A stretch of DNA of 64,000 nt, taken from contig JALONQ010000001.1 in NCBI GenBank assembly GCA_025454835.1, forward strand, positions 392,990 through 456,989, read 5' to 3'. The translations under genes were made by a program, and so were the position numbers. Under the pieces are notes generated by a model. The model worked only from the letters and a program-made list of their open reading frames with translations. It was not told the origin of the DNA and ran no database searches. Below are positions 1 through 9,619 of this stretch, piece after piece. The stretch comes from Bacteroidota bacterium. GTDB taxonomy: Bacteria > Bacteroidota > Ignavibacteria > UBA10030. The number at the start of each line of letters is the position of its first letter. The stretch's first letter is position 1.

Positions 1-497
1 GACCGGTAGCTGGGCGGCAGGCGAACGATGACGTTCCTTCGGTATCGCAACCCCTTCCCAGCCAGATCGGGATGGATGTCGGCCGAGCCGGTCAACGTAC
101 TCGAGGGCTTGGGCATCGAGTCCTTCCAGCCCACCGGCGCAAGCGTGATGGTCGTGTCGCCTTCGACCATGAGCGTCGTGTTCTGAGGTGGGTGCCCGTC
201 ACGTTCGAAGATAGCTTCCGTCTCCCACGATCCTCGCGTGGCCTTGAATTCCATCCGAAGGCCTTTCGGCATGCGGAACGATCGCTCCGCCGTCATCGCT
301 TGGGTCCGTGTCAGTCGTATGATGCTTGGGTCCCAGGTCCCCAGGTCCTCATGATTGCCGGCAACGGTGATCGTGTCACCGATCGGCGTGCTCGGGGGCA
401 GTTGGATGCGAATCGTGACGTCGGAACTCTCTCGACAGCCCGCAAGCATCAGCAACGAGATCGTGACAGGCAACAGCGACCGACGGCAGAAGCGCAT
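1..497 (-). CDS. Partial (3'-truncated at window edge) lipoprotein with a CBM20-like starch-binding-type module; absent from the ORF track
   Basis: Manual minus-strand translation: frame open for 182 codons from 548 down to position 1 with no stop; ATG at 497 gives MRFCRRSLLPVTISLLMLAGC (lipobox LAGC), then ITVAGNHEDLGTWDP..FRMPKG..FKATRGSWETEA resembling CBM20. Alternative ATG at 548, 15 nt after the gdh stop. Confidence 0.45.
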   Translation of the reverse strand, partial: MRFCRRSLLPVTISLLMLAGCRESSDVTIRIQLPPSTPIGDTITVAGNHEDLGTWDPSIIRLTRTQAMTAERSFRMPKGLRMEFKATRGSWETEAIFERDGHPPQNTTLMVEGDTTITLAPVGWKDSMPKPSSTLTGSADIHPDLAGKGLRYRRNVIVRLPPSYR

Positions 498-562
498 CAC
501 ATCAGCGTCCTTGCGGGACGCGGCGTTGTATTCGGTCATGAGTGCCATGTCGTGAGCGGGGT

Positions 563-1810
563 TCATACCCATCCACGCAGTTTGCAGGCCTCCGCGACTC
601 TCGCGACACCGACCACCATGGCCGCAAGACGCGGATGAGTACCCTTCTCTTGCATAGCCTGCTGCACCGAATGCGACGCCCGCGTCAATTGGGCGTCGAG
701 CCGTTCGTGAACGAGGGATTCTGCCCAGAAGTACGAGTAGCGGTCCTGCACCATCTCGAAATACGAGACCGTCACCCCGCCGGCACTCGCCAGGATGTCC
801 GGGATGACGTGGATCCCCCGGCGATGGAGGATGAGGTCGGCCTCGGGCGTCGTGGGTCCATTGGCCAGCTCACAAATGATGCGGGCCTTGATGCGTTCCG
901 CGTTCACCTCGGAGATGGCATTCTCGAGTGCAGCAGGGTAGAGAATATCGACGTCCAATTCCAGGAGGTCATCCTGCCGGATGGGCTCGCTCTCGGGGAA
1001 GCCTGTCACGCTCCCGGTCGTGAGCTTGTGGGTGACGAGGTTCTTCGCGTTCAGGCCTTTCGCGGAATAGACGGCTCCGCGCGAATCGCTGACGGCGACG
1101 ATCTTGCCGCCGCCGAGCAGTTCCTGATGCAGGAGGGCGGCCCGTTGGCCGGCGTTGCCGAATCCCTGGATGGCCACCCGGCTGCGGGGGTCGACGCCGA
1201 GCGCCCGGCATGCCTCGCGAACGGCGATGACACCGCCCCTGGCCGTGGCACTCCGCCGTCCTTCCGTACCGCCGATCTGCAACGGTTTGTCGGTCAGCAC
1301 GCCGGGTTGATGGCGATGCGTGATCGTTTCGTACTCGTCCATCATCCACGCCATCGTCTGAGGATTCGTGTAGACATCCGGTGCGGGCACGTCTTTGTCG
1401 ACGCCGATGTATTCGGCGACGGCGCGGATATAGCCGCGGGAAAGCGACTCCAACTCCCGCTGTGACATCGATTTGGGCTCGCACACGACCCCCCCCTTGC
1501 CTCCACCGAGGGGCAGATCGGCCACGGCGGTCTTCCAGGTCATCCAAGAGGCGAGGGCCCGTATCGTATCGGCCGTCTCTTCCGGATGGAAGCGGATCCC
1601 GCCCTTCGCGGGTCCTCGCGCCGTGTTATACTGCATGCGATACCCGTGGAAGATCTTCGTGGTCCCATCGTCCATACGGACGGGGATCGTAAAGGAAAAC
1701 TCACGCTGCGGCCAAAGGAGCAGGTCGATCGTCGCTGCGTCGAGGTGAAGCAATCGCGCAGCCTCGAGCACCTGGCGCTGCGTCACGTGGAACGAATTGT
1801 ACGAGGTCAT
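563..1810 (-). CDS. gdh: Glutamate dehydrogenase, ~415-aa hexameric type (Glu/Leu/Phe/Val dehydrogenase family)
   Basis: GPAKGGIRFHPEET, LPLGGGKGGVVCEP catalytic-Lys/Gly-rich motifs, GFGNAG NAD(P) Rossmann motif; length typical of Thermotoga/Bacillus-type GDH. Confidence 0.85.
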   Translation of the reverse strand: MTSYNSFHVTQRQVLEAARLLHLDAATIDLLLWPQREFSFTIPVRMDDGTTKIFHGYRMQYNTARGPAKGGIRFHPEETADTIRALASWMTWKTAVADLPLGGGKGGVVCEPKSMSQRELESLSRGYIRAVAEYIGVDKDVPAPDVYTNPQTMAWMMDEYETITHRHQPGVLTDKPLQIGGTEGRRSATARGGVIAVREACRALGVDPRSRVAIQGFGNAGQRAALLHQELLGGGKIVAVSDSRGAVYSAKGLNAKNLVTHKLTTGSVTGFPESEPIRQDDLLELDVDILYPAALENAISEVNAERIKARIICELANGPTTPEADLILHRRGIHVIPDILASAGGVTVSYFEMVQDRYSYFWAESLVHERLDAQLTRASHSVQQAMQEKGTHPRLAAMVVGVARVAEACKLRGWV

Positions 1811-2004
1811 GGCATGGGCCCTTCGGACCGGTCCGCTGAGTGACGCTCATCGCGAACGTCGAGGATGATGCGATACCAGCAATGCTTGCACATGAGCGCC
1901 CGGTCGACGCTCAGGAGCACTTGTTCCCATCGGCTGAGGGAATGCCCGCAGTGCGGACACGTCTCAATCGGCGACGGGGGTCGTGGCTGTTGATCCGTTG
2001 CCAT
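1807..2004 (-). CDS. Candidate 65-aa zinc-ribbon micro-protein (CPHC-x21-CKHC), translationally coupled to the downstream gdh
   Basis: ORF overlaps the 3' end of the upstream 1016-aa gene by 41 nt; its TGA stop overlaps the gdh ATG as ATGA (1807-1810); two CxxC pairs. Could be chance in high-GC DNA. Confidence 0.25.
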   Translation of the reverse strand: MATDQQPRPPSPIETCPHCGHSLSRWEQVLLSVDRALMCKHCWYRIILDVRDERHSADRSEGPMP

Positions 2005-5000
2005 GCTTCACACCCGGTTTCAATATGACGCCTTTGTTGGAATGCCCGTTGATGCGGATGAGCAGCGGGTCGGCGAAGCGGACATGCCGGACGAATTCCT
2101 GCGACGAATGCGGCGGTTGTGAGAGCAACCACTCCCAGTCGAGAAAGCCCAGGGATTCATTCCGGTCGACGCTGAAGTAAGCGACCATGAAGGAGGTGAT
2201 ATTCTGAAAGAAGTGCGATCCCTGCGACGGAGTCACGGCAAGGTCCCGGAACGACGATTCGACGATCGCCTTCGCCCCGCAGATCTCGTTCCACGCTACC
2301 GGGATCCCCAACCAGGGATCCAGACTTCCCCATCGGCCGACGCCGACGAGCAGATACGGCCGTCCTTCGGAAAGAAGGAGAGAATTGAAGTGGGCCACCT
2401 CGGCCGCCACGAGACGGCTTTTCGCCCGGTCGAACCGATGATCGTCGACGACGACGACGTCGCGGATATCGTCGATCACACCATTCCCAAGAACGCGTGA
2501 GCTCTGGCACACCAGCTCGTTCCGGTTGAACATTTCGACGTTCAGTTCGTCGATCTCCCGATGGAGCACCAACGGCCGCATCTGCAGAAGGCCGAATTCC
2601 TTGGGTCGGCCGGCGGGCGGCGTCAGATTCACCGCAAACTCCAGCTCGACGGGCGTGCCCATGCCCCACGTACCCATGTCGAGCAGAAGATCGACGACCG
2701 CTGGCAGCGGAAACGACCTGCCCCGGAGAAGAGGCCCGAATGTGACGAGCCGGATCCCCTCTCGCGAGATGCCGTCGACGACAACGTCGTTGTCGGGGGA
2801 GAAGGTCGAACCGACGGGCGCCAACGTTCCATGCGACTCTGCCACGCTCAGGTCGAAGGCGCTGACGTGTTGATCGGTCGTGACGTCCCAGACCGCCGAC
2901 TCCGTATCCTCATCAAGCCGGAGCGCGAAGAAATCCCGCTGCGTGGTCGCGATGGCCTCATCGGCGGAGTAGAATTGGATGAGGTCGGTCGGATAGCGTG
3001 GACAGAACCGGACGACCGTTCCGCCTTCGACCACCATCTTGCCAAGCCCAAGCGCCACAGCCACGGTGCCGTCCGATGGCTTTTGCGTGGGGAGCGGGTA
3101 GAAATTGTATGACCGGGCCACGCCGGCGAAGCTTGGATAGAACGTCGCACCGTGGCGCGTCCCCACGAGCTTCTGGATGATCACCGCCATCTTCTCCTCC
3201 TCCTGGCGGTAACTCGTCATCCGAATGTAATTCTTTGCTCCTTGATAGTACGTCGACGCATAGACCCGCTTGATCGTCGTCAGGAGCTCGTTGAGCCGGA
3301 CAAGAGGATTGGCGTGCGTGTTCGGGAGCATGTACGTCTCGTACACTCCGGCGAACGGATGGTACTGCGAGTCCTCAAGGAGGCTCGAAGAGCGGACGGC
3401 GAGCGGAGCCCGCACGAGGTCGAGGAAGGCCACGAGCGCGGCCACCGCCTTTTCCGGAAAGTACGAGGCTTCCACGAATCGGCGCGTGATCTCCAGGTCA
3501 TCCGTGCTTGTCAGGGCAAAAGACCGCAGGCCGTTCGTGTCCACAAAATCGTCGAACACGTCGGTCGCAACGACGACCGCAGGGGGAACGGCGACCTCCA
3601 CCCCCCCGAACCGGTTGCGCACGTCGTAGTCGTTGATGATCGTGCTGATGAAACCCAGGCCGCGTCCCTTGCCCCCGAGCGATCCGCCGCCGATCCGGGC
3701 GAAGCTGCTGTCGGGGTCGAACGTGTCCCGGGCAAACTCGGCAATGATCCCGCGTTGCCTGACGGCGCGATACTCGCGGAGCGATTCGATGAGGTCCACA
3801 CGCAGGGCCTCACCCGTCGGATAATCGCTCACCTTGCGCGGCCGGAGCCGGTGGGCAAGCCAGAACTCCGTCCTCGCCTTCAACCAGTTCGAGAAGTGAT
3901 TCCGCTCCGCATGGTAGATGATGCTCTCGACCGGGACCCGGGCGAGCTGCTCCTCGAGCAGCCGCATGTCGCCCGCACGACCCACCTCCATCCCTCCTGG
4001 CATCCGGAATACGAAGTCGCCGAAGCTGAAGTACTGCATCATGAACGACCGGATATCCGACTGGAGAGTTGGGGAATCCTTGACGGAGAAGGCGGCGCCT
4101 TCGCCATGCGCCCGCGGCCCATTGTCGGGATTGTTCGAAAGGAGAAGCATCGGAAGGTCCGGCTGGCGTTGCTTCACCCGTCGGGCGAACTCGAGTCCCG
4201 ACCCGGCATCAAGTTTGCCGTCCCGCGGAAATTCGATGTCGGAGATGATGCCCAGCATGAAATCGCGGTAACGATCGTAGGTCTCCCAGGCCTCTTCGAA
4301 CGTCGTGCACAGAAGGATCTTCGGACGAGCGCGCATGCGCAGGAGTTTGTGGGAGAGGTTGATCCCCTCCGAAAGGAGTCGCCGCGACTGCTCCAACACC
4401 TCGGTATAGACCACTGGAAGGAGCGACGAGTACGCTTTGACGTTGTCTTCAACGACCACGATCGTTTGGACTCCCACCATGCTCGCATCGTGGGCGACGT
4501 TCATCCGGTCTTCGAGATACTTGATGATGGCGATGATGATCCGGAAGTCACCTTGCCATACGAACACCCTGTCGAACGCGTTGGGCGACGCCGACAGTAG
4601 GAGCTGCTGTAGCTCCCGGTTGTCGTGCGTCAGAAGCACGACAGGGATATTGAGACCCTCCTCCTTCACGAGGCGTGAGAAATGCGCCGCGTGCATGTCA
4701 TCGATGTGCAGCGTCGTGACGATCAGGTCAAAGCGCCGCTCTTCCTTCGCCAGCCGGATGGCCTCCCGGCCGCTCGAAACGCGCGTGAGCTCAGGAGAAT
4801 ACCCGAGGTTGAATCCCTCATACTCGTTGCGGATCAACTCGTAGAGCCGGCCGTCCTCCTCGAACAGATACAGATCGTACAGGCTCGACACCAGCAGGAT
4901 ATCGCGGATGCGGAGCCGCATCAGGTTCTGGAAACCCTGGAAGCGATTGCCGTATCCGTGCTCGACGAGGAGGATGTCGAGCGAGGAGGCCGTTTGTTCC

Positions 5001-5014
5001 TGGCTGGGATGCAT
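1964..5014 (-). CDS. Multidomain protein: degenerate receiver-like domain + canonical CheY-like receiver + PEP/pyruvate-binding (PPDK_N, ATP-grasp) domain + conserved C-terminal region of unknown function (paralog 1)
   Basis: IVVVEDN...GIISDIEFPRDG...LLLSNN...FSVKDSP is a canonical receiver; N-terminal ILLVSS/FDLIVTT copy lacks the acidic pocket and phospho-Asp. GGGSLGGKGRGLG, AVRSSSLLEDSQYHPFAGVYETY, MAVIIQ, GLGKMVVEGG match PpsA/PPDK N-domain motifs. No GGxxSHAAI His-swivel or TIM-barrel domain. Confidence 0.8.
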   Translation of the reverse strand: MHPSQEQTASSLDILLVEHGYGNRFQGFQNLMRLRIRDILLVSSLYDLYLFEEDGRLYELIRNEYEGFNLGYSPELTRVSSGREAIRLAKEERRFDLIVTTLHIDDMHAAHFSRLVKEEGLNIPVVLLTHDNRELQQLLLSASPNAFDRVFVWQGDFRIIIAIIKYLEDRMNVAHDASMVGVQTIVVVEDNVKAYSSLLPVVYTEVLEQSRRLLSEGINLSHKLLRMRARPKILLCTTFEEAWETYDRYRDFMLGIISDIEFPRDGKLDAGSGLEFARRVKQRQPDLPMLLLSNNPDNGPRAHGEGAAFSVKDSPTLQSDIRSFMMQYFSFGDFVFRMPGGMEVGRAGDMRLLEEQLARVPVESIIYHAERNHFSNWLKARTEFWLAHRLRPRKVSDYPTGEALRVDLIESLREYRAVRQRGIIAEFARDTFDPDSSFARIGGGSLGGKGRGLGFISTIINDYDVRNRFGGVEVAVPPAVVVATDVFDDFVDTNGLRSFALTSTDDLEITRRFVEASYFPEKAVAALVAFLDLVRAPLAVRSSSLLEDSQYHPFAGVYETYMLPNTHANPLVRLNELLTTIKRVYASTYYQGAKNYIRMTSYRQEEEKMAVIIQKLVGTRHGATFYPSFAGVARSYNFYPLPTQKPSDGTVAVALGLGKMVVEGGTVVRFCPRYPTDLIQFYSADEAIATTQRDFFALRLDEDTESAVWDVTTDQHVSAFDLSVAESHGTLAPVGSTFSPDNDVVVDGISREGIRLVTFGPLLRGRSFPLPAVVDLLLDMGTWGMGTPVELEFAVNLTPPAGRPKEFGLLQMRPLVLHREIDELNVEMFNRNELVCQSSRVLGNGVIDDIRDVVVVDDHRFDRAKSRLVAAEVAHFNSLLLSEGRPYLLVGVGRWGSLDPWLGIPVAWNEICGAKAIVESSFRDLAVTPSQGSHFFQNITSFMVAYFSVDRNESLGFLDWEWLLSQPPHSSQEFVRHVRFADPLLIRINGHSNKGVILKPGVKHGNGSTATTPVAD

Positions 5015-5079
5015 GTCGTCGCGTGAGCCCGCGGACGAGGCGATGCATGTCCCCGTCCGCGGGCGGTCCGCGCCTTCGT

Positions 5080-6441
5080 TTACACGACGCCCTGGTCAAC
5101 CATGGCGTCGGCGACCTTCAAGAAGCCGCCGATGTTCGCGCCGTTGACGTAGTTTCCGGGCGTTCCGAACCGGTCGGCCATCTCGACGCACGTCTTGTGG
5201 ATGCTCTTCATGATGAGATGGAGCCGCTGGTCCACCTCTTCGCGTGTCCACGGAAGCCTCATGCTGTTCTGAGACATTTCGAGACCGGACGTGGCCACGC
5301 CACCGGCGTTCGCCGCCTTGCCCGGACCGTACAGCACCTTCGCGTCGAGGAAGACCTTCACTCCGTCGGGCGTCGTCGGCATGTTCGCGCCCTCGGCGAT
5401 ACAGTGTACGCCGTTCCGCACGAGCGTTGCCGCGTCTTTGCCGTTGATCTCATTCTGCGTGGCGCTCGGAAAGGCGCAATCGGCCTTGTGCGTCCACAGC
5501 GGATTCGCGTCGGCCTTCGGATCGATCGGGAAATAGACCGCGCCCTTGTACTTGTCGGTGTATTCCTTCATCCGTCCACGACGGACGTTCTTCAATTGCA
5601 TGACAAAGGCCAGCTTCTCCCGGTCAATGCCCGCCTCATCATAGATATAGCCGTTCGAATCCGACAACGTGACCGCCTTGCCACCGAGGTCGAGGATCTT
5701 CTCGACCGTGTACTGGGCCACGTTGCCGCTGCCCGACACCAGGCAGCTCTTTCCCTTCAGCGTCGTTGAGCGCGTACCGAGCATTTCCGCCGCGAAGTAC
5801 ACCGCACCGTAGCCCGTCGCTTCCGGACGGATGAGCGACCCCCCCCAGTTGAGCCCCTTGCCCGTCAAGACGCCGGTGAACTCGTTCCGGAGCTTCTTGT
5901 ACATGCCGAACAGATACCCGATCTCACGTCCACCGACCCCGATGTCGCCGGCCGGTACGTCGGTGTTGGGACCAATATGGCGGGACAGTTCGGCCATAAA
6001 AGCCTGGCAGAACCGCATGATCGAGAGCTCGCTCTTTCCCTTCGGGTCAAAGTCCGATCCACCTTTGCCCCCGCCCATCGGAAGCGTTGTCAGGCTGTTC
6101 TTGAACACCTGTTCGAATGCCAGAAACTTCAGGATCCCGAGCGTGACGGAAGGATGGAATCGCAATCCTCCCTTGTAGGGTCCGATCGCGCTGTTCATCT
6201 CGATCCGATAGCCCCGGTTGACATGGATGTCCCCTCGGTCGTCGACCCAAGGAACACGGAAAGTGATCACGCGCTCGGGTTCGACCATCCGTTCCAGGAT
6301 CCGGGCCGTGCGGTACTCCGGATGCCGCTCGAGAACGAGCGCGAGTGAATCGACGACCTCCTGAACGGCTTGGTGAAATTCCGGCTCCGCAGGATTCTTC
6401 GCCTTCACTTCAGCCATGAAATCAGAGACGAAAGTTGACAT
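5080..6441 (-). CDS. gdhA: NADP-specific glutamate dehydrogenase, ~50 kDa GdhA type (copy 1)
   Basis: Strong similarity to E. coli-type GdhA (NPAEPEFHQAVQEV, GPYKGGLRFHPSV, LPMGGGKGGSDFDPKGKS). Start moved from the track's 6528 to ATG 6441 (MSTFVSDF), preceded by GAGGAGG. Confidence 0.9.
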   Translation of the reverse strand: MSTFVSDFMAEVKAKNPAEPEFHQAVQEVVDSLALVLERHPEYRTARILERMVEPERVITFRVPWVDDRGDIHVNRGYRIEMNSAIGPYKGGLRFHPSVTLGILKFLAFEQVFKNSLTTLPMGGGKGGSDFDPKGKSELSIMRFCQAFMAELSRHIGPNTDVPAGDIGVGGREIGYLFGMYKKLRNEFTGVLTGKGLNWGGSLIRPEATGYGAVYFAAEMLGTRSTTLKGKSCLVSGSGNVAQYTVEKILDLGGKAVTLSDSNGYIYDEAGIDREKLAFVMQLKNVRRGRMKEYTDKYKGAVYFPIDPKADANPLWTHKADCAFPSATQNEINGKDAATLVRNGVHCIAEGANMPTTPDGVKVFLDAKVLYGPGKAANAGGVATSGLEMSQNSMRLPWTREEVDQRLHLIMKSIHKTCVEMADRFGTPGNYVNGANIGGFLKVADAMVDQGVV

Positions 6442-6534
6442 AGAAACCTCCTCGCAGGTGAGTTGTGGAGCGTGATGGGGCTGGGCCCTACCAGAAACCG
6501 CCACGAGCCCGTATGGCGTCGAACGCAACAGCGA

Positions 6535-9531
6535 TCAGGTCACTCCGGGTTTCAGGATGACCCCGCGATTCTTGTGCCCATTGATCTTTGCGATCAGCGG
6601 CCGGTCGAAACACAGGTGTCGGGCCATCGAAAGCTCACGGACGGCCGGCTGCGAACGCAACCAGTCCCAGTTCACCCGCCCGAGGTGTTCGAACGGGTTG
6701 ACGGTGAAGTATCCTACACGGAACGACGTGATGTTCTGGAAGAAATGCGATCCCTGGGACGGTGTTACATTGAAATCGCGGAAGGCCGACTCGACGATGA
6801 CCGAGGCGCCGGCGATCTGATCCCAGCTGACCGGTATTCCAAGCCAATGGTCGAGACTTCCCCAGCGACCGACTCCGATGAGGATGTAGGGACGCTTCTG
6901 TGAGAGCAGGACCGCATTGAGCTCAGCGACCTCGCTCGCCACGAGCTTGCTCTGTTCCCGATCGAACGATTCGATGTCGACGACGATAGCATCGTAGATA
7001 TCGTTGATCATCCCGTTGCCGAGCACCCGTTCGCTCGAGCAAACCACGTCGGCCTCTTCGTAGGTGCCGATCTCAAGCTCATCGAGCTCCCGATGGAGCA
7101 CCATCGGACGGATCTGCAACATCGCGAACTCCTGCAGCCGACCATCCAGACCGGTGAGCGTCGCCGCGAACTCGATCTCGACGGGCGTGCCCATACCCCA
7201 CGTTCCCATTTCGAGCATGAGATCGACGATCTCAGGCAGCGGAAAGATCTGATGCTTGAGGACCGGAGCGAAGGTTACAACGCGCTTGCCTGGACGCGAG
7301 ATGCCGTCATACACGGCCTCGTTCTCGGGGGACCAGGTTGAACCGACGGCGTACAGCGTTCCGTCTGCCTCGGACGATGCGAGGTCGTAGCGGCAGATGA
7401 AGGTCTCGGGGGCATGCGCCGCACCATCGCGCAGGTCAGCCTCCAGGTCGAGGGCATAGAACTGTTGCTGCGCGTGCTTGATCGTTTCGTTCGTCGAGTA
7501 GAACTGCATGAGATGGCGCGGATGCTTCGGGCAGAACCGGACGACATTGCCGCCGTCGACGACGGTCTTGCCAAGGCCGAGAGCCACCTGGACGATGCCG
7601 TCGGTCGCAGACTGCGGTGGTACTGGATAGAAATTGTAGGATTTCGCCACGCCGGCAAAATCGGGATAGAAGCGGCCATTGTGCCGTTCGCCGACCACAC
7701 ACTGGATGATCACGGCCATCTTCTCTTCTTCGAGCCGATAGGCCGTGGCCTTCATGTAGTCCCGTGCCTGCCTCGCGAACGTCGAGGCATAGACCAGCTT
7801 GATGCTCTCGATGAGCTCTTGCATCCGGAGGTGCTTGTCCGGATTGTTGTTCGGGATCATATACGTCTCGTAGACCCCTGCGAACGGCTGATACTGTGCG
7901 TCCTCCAGCAGGCTCGACGAGCGGATCGCCAGCGGCTCCTTGACGATGTCAAGATAGTCCCAGAGTTTGCGGACCACCTCGTGGGAGAAGTGCGGGGCCT
8001 CGAGGAATCGATCCCGGAGTTCCTTGTCGTCCGGTCCCGACAGTGCGAACGCCTCCAGATGATTCTTCTCGAGGAACTCGTCGAAGACATCCGTGGCGAT
8101 GATGACAGCCGAGGGAACGCTGATGACCACGCCCGGGAAGCGGTGGCGGAGACCGTAGTTATTGATGAGCGAATTGACGAATCCCAGGCCGCGCGCCTTG
8201 CCACCGAGCGATCCGCCACCCATCCGTGCCAGGGTATTCTTCGGGTCGAAGCTCTCCGCCGAGAACTCGAGAATGACCCCGCGCTGGCGCATCTCGCGGT
8301 ACCGACGCAGATCGCCGATCAGCGATTGGCGGAGCGCTTCTGGCGTAGGATAGTCATCGACCTTCTGGGGCCGGAGCCGATATGCCAGGCCGAACTCCGT
8401 TCGGGCCTTCAGCCACTTCGAAAAGTGATTCCGGTTCGCGTGGAAGACGATCGACTCCTCCGGCACCGACATGAGGCCTTCTTCGAGCGTCGTGAGATCG
8501 ACCGCCCGGCCGACCTCGGTTCCATCAGCCATTCTGAACTGGAAATCGCCGAAACCGAAGTTATTGAGAACAAAGGCCCTGAGCTCGTGCAAGAGTCGGG
8601 GATCGCCTTTCCGGAGGAATGCGGCACCGCACTCGTGCGCCGACGCTTCAAAGTCCGTATTGCTCGACTGGAGCAGCACGGGAATATCGTCTTGAAGCTC
8701 GCGGACTTTGCGTGCGAAGAGGAGCCCGGCCTCCGGGTCCTTCACGCCGTTGCGGACGTAGTTAACGTCGGAGACAATACCGAGGACGTGCTCTCGATAG
8801 GTCTGGAATGCCGCCCACGCCTCGTCGTACGTGTGACAGAGCAGGATCTTGGGCCTGGCGCGCATGCGCAGCAGCCGGTGAGAGATGTTGACGCCTTCAC
8901 GGATCAGGCGTTGCGATTGATTGAGGACCTCCGAATAGAGGATGGGCAGGTAGGAAGAGTAGAATTTGACATTGTCTTCGACGAGGATGATCACCTGCAC
9001 GCCGGCCATCCGGGTGTCCTCTTCGACATTGCGCCGGTCCTCGATATCCTTGATGATGGCGATCAGAAGCCGGTAGTCGCCGAGCCAGATGAAGATGCGC
9101 TCGAAGATCGACGTGTCGTACTGCGTCACGATCTCTTTGCGCTCCTGGTTGTCATACGCGAGGAGGATGATCGGGATGTCGTACCCGGCGGCGCGGACCG
9201 CCTGCGCGAACTTCACGACATGCATATCCTCAATATGCATCGTCGAGATAATGAGGTCGAACGCTCGGCCGTCCCTCATGAGCTCGAGGGCTTCGGCAGC
9301 CGTCGAGGCGTGGGTGAACTCGGGAACGAAGCTCAGATTAAGAGCCATCGCCTCCTGGTGCACGAGTTCGTACAGCCGGCCATCCTCTTCGAACAGATAG
9401 TTGTCGTAGAGGCTCGAGACCAGGAGGATGTCGCGGACACGGAAGCGCATCAAGTGCTGAAAGCTCTTGATGCGGCTCCCCTGGATGTCTTCGGTATGGC
9501 GGAGGTCGGCGTTCTCCATCATCATCGGCAT
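6535..9531 (-). CDS. Paralog 2 of the receiver/receiver/PPDK_N-domain protein (998 aa)
   Basis: Collinear with 1964..5014 (~60% identity): VIILVEDN...GIVSDVNYVRNG, MGGGSLGGKARGLG, AIRSSSLLEDAQYQPFAGVYETY; identical C-terminal blocks VGRWGSLD.WLGIPV.W and VTPSQGSHFFQNITSF. Confidence 0.8.
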   Translation of the reverse strand: MPMMMENADLRHTEDIQGSRIKSFQHLMRFRVRDILLVSSLYDNYLFEEDGRLYELVHQEAMALNLSFVPEFTHASTAAEALELMRDGRAFDLIISTMHIEDMHVVKFAQAVRAAGYDIPIILLAYDNQERKEIVTQYDTSIFERIFIWLGDYRLLIAIIKDIEDRRNVEEDTRMAGVQVIILVEDNVKFYSSYLPILYSEVLNQSQRLIREGVNISHRLLRMRARPKILLCHTYDEAWAAFQTYREHVLGIVSDVNYVRNGVKDPEAGLLFARKVRELQDDIPVLLQSSNTDFEASAHECGAAFLRKGDPRLLHELRAFVLNNFGFGDFQFRMADGTEVGRAVDLTTLEEGLMSVPEESIVFHANRNHFSKWLKARTEFGLAYRLRPQKVDDYPTPEALRQSLIGDLRRYREMRQRGVILEFSAESFDPKNTLARMGGGSLGGKARGLGFVNSLINNYGLRHRFPGVVISVPSAVIIATDVFDEFLEKNHLEAFALSGPDDKELRDRFLEAPHFSHEVVRKLWDYLDIVKEPLAIRSSSLLEDAQYQPFAGVYETYMIPNNNPDKHLRMQELIESIKLVYASTFARQARDYMKATAYRLEEEKMAVIIQCVVGERHNGRFYPDFAGVAKSYNFYPVPPQSATDGIVQVALGLGKTVVDGGNVVRFCPKHPRHLMQFYSTNETIKHAQQQFYALDLEADLRDGAAHAPETFICRYDLASSEADGTLYAVGSTWSPENEAVYDGISRPGKRVVTFAPVLKHQIFPLPEIVDLMLEMGTWGMGTPVEIEFAATLTGLDGRLQEFAMLQIRPMVLHRELDELEIGTYEEADVVCSSERVLGNGMINDIYDAIVVDIESFDREQSKLVASEVAELNAVLLSQKRPYILIGVGRWGSLDHWLGIPVSWDQIAGASVIVESAFRDFNVTPSQGSHFFQNITSFRVGYFTVNPFEHLGRVNWDWLRSQPAVRELSMARHLCFDRPLIAKINGHKNRGVILKPGVT

Positions 9532-9619
9532 GTCACCATCCGTCAGTTCGCAACCGCTGCGATGCCACCGGACGGTATGCGTCTGGAGCCTTCGTCCGGC
9601 AGATCCGGACGGTCCCCGA

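Noticed and set aside
72-638. 188-aa plus-strand ORF at the window start
   Set aside because: Arginine-rich, low-complexity. The opposite strand carries a better-supported lipoprotein gene with a signal peptide.
3152-4600. 482-aa plus-strand ORF (and similar long plus-strand ORFs at 7414-9687, 31275-33485, 51264-53894, 55562-58141, 58667-60388, etc.)
   Set aside because: All lie antisense to strongly conserved minus-strand genes, are Arg/Asp/His-rich with no recognisable motifs, and are expected by chance at ~65% GC.
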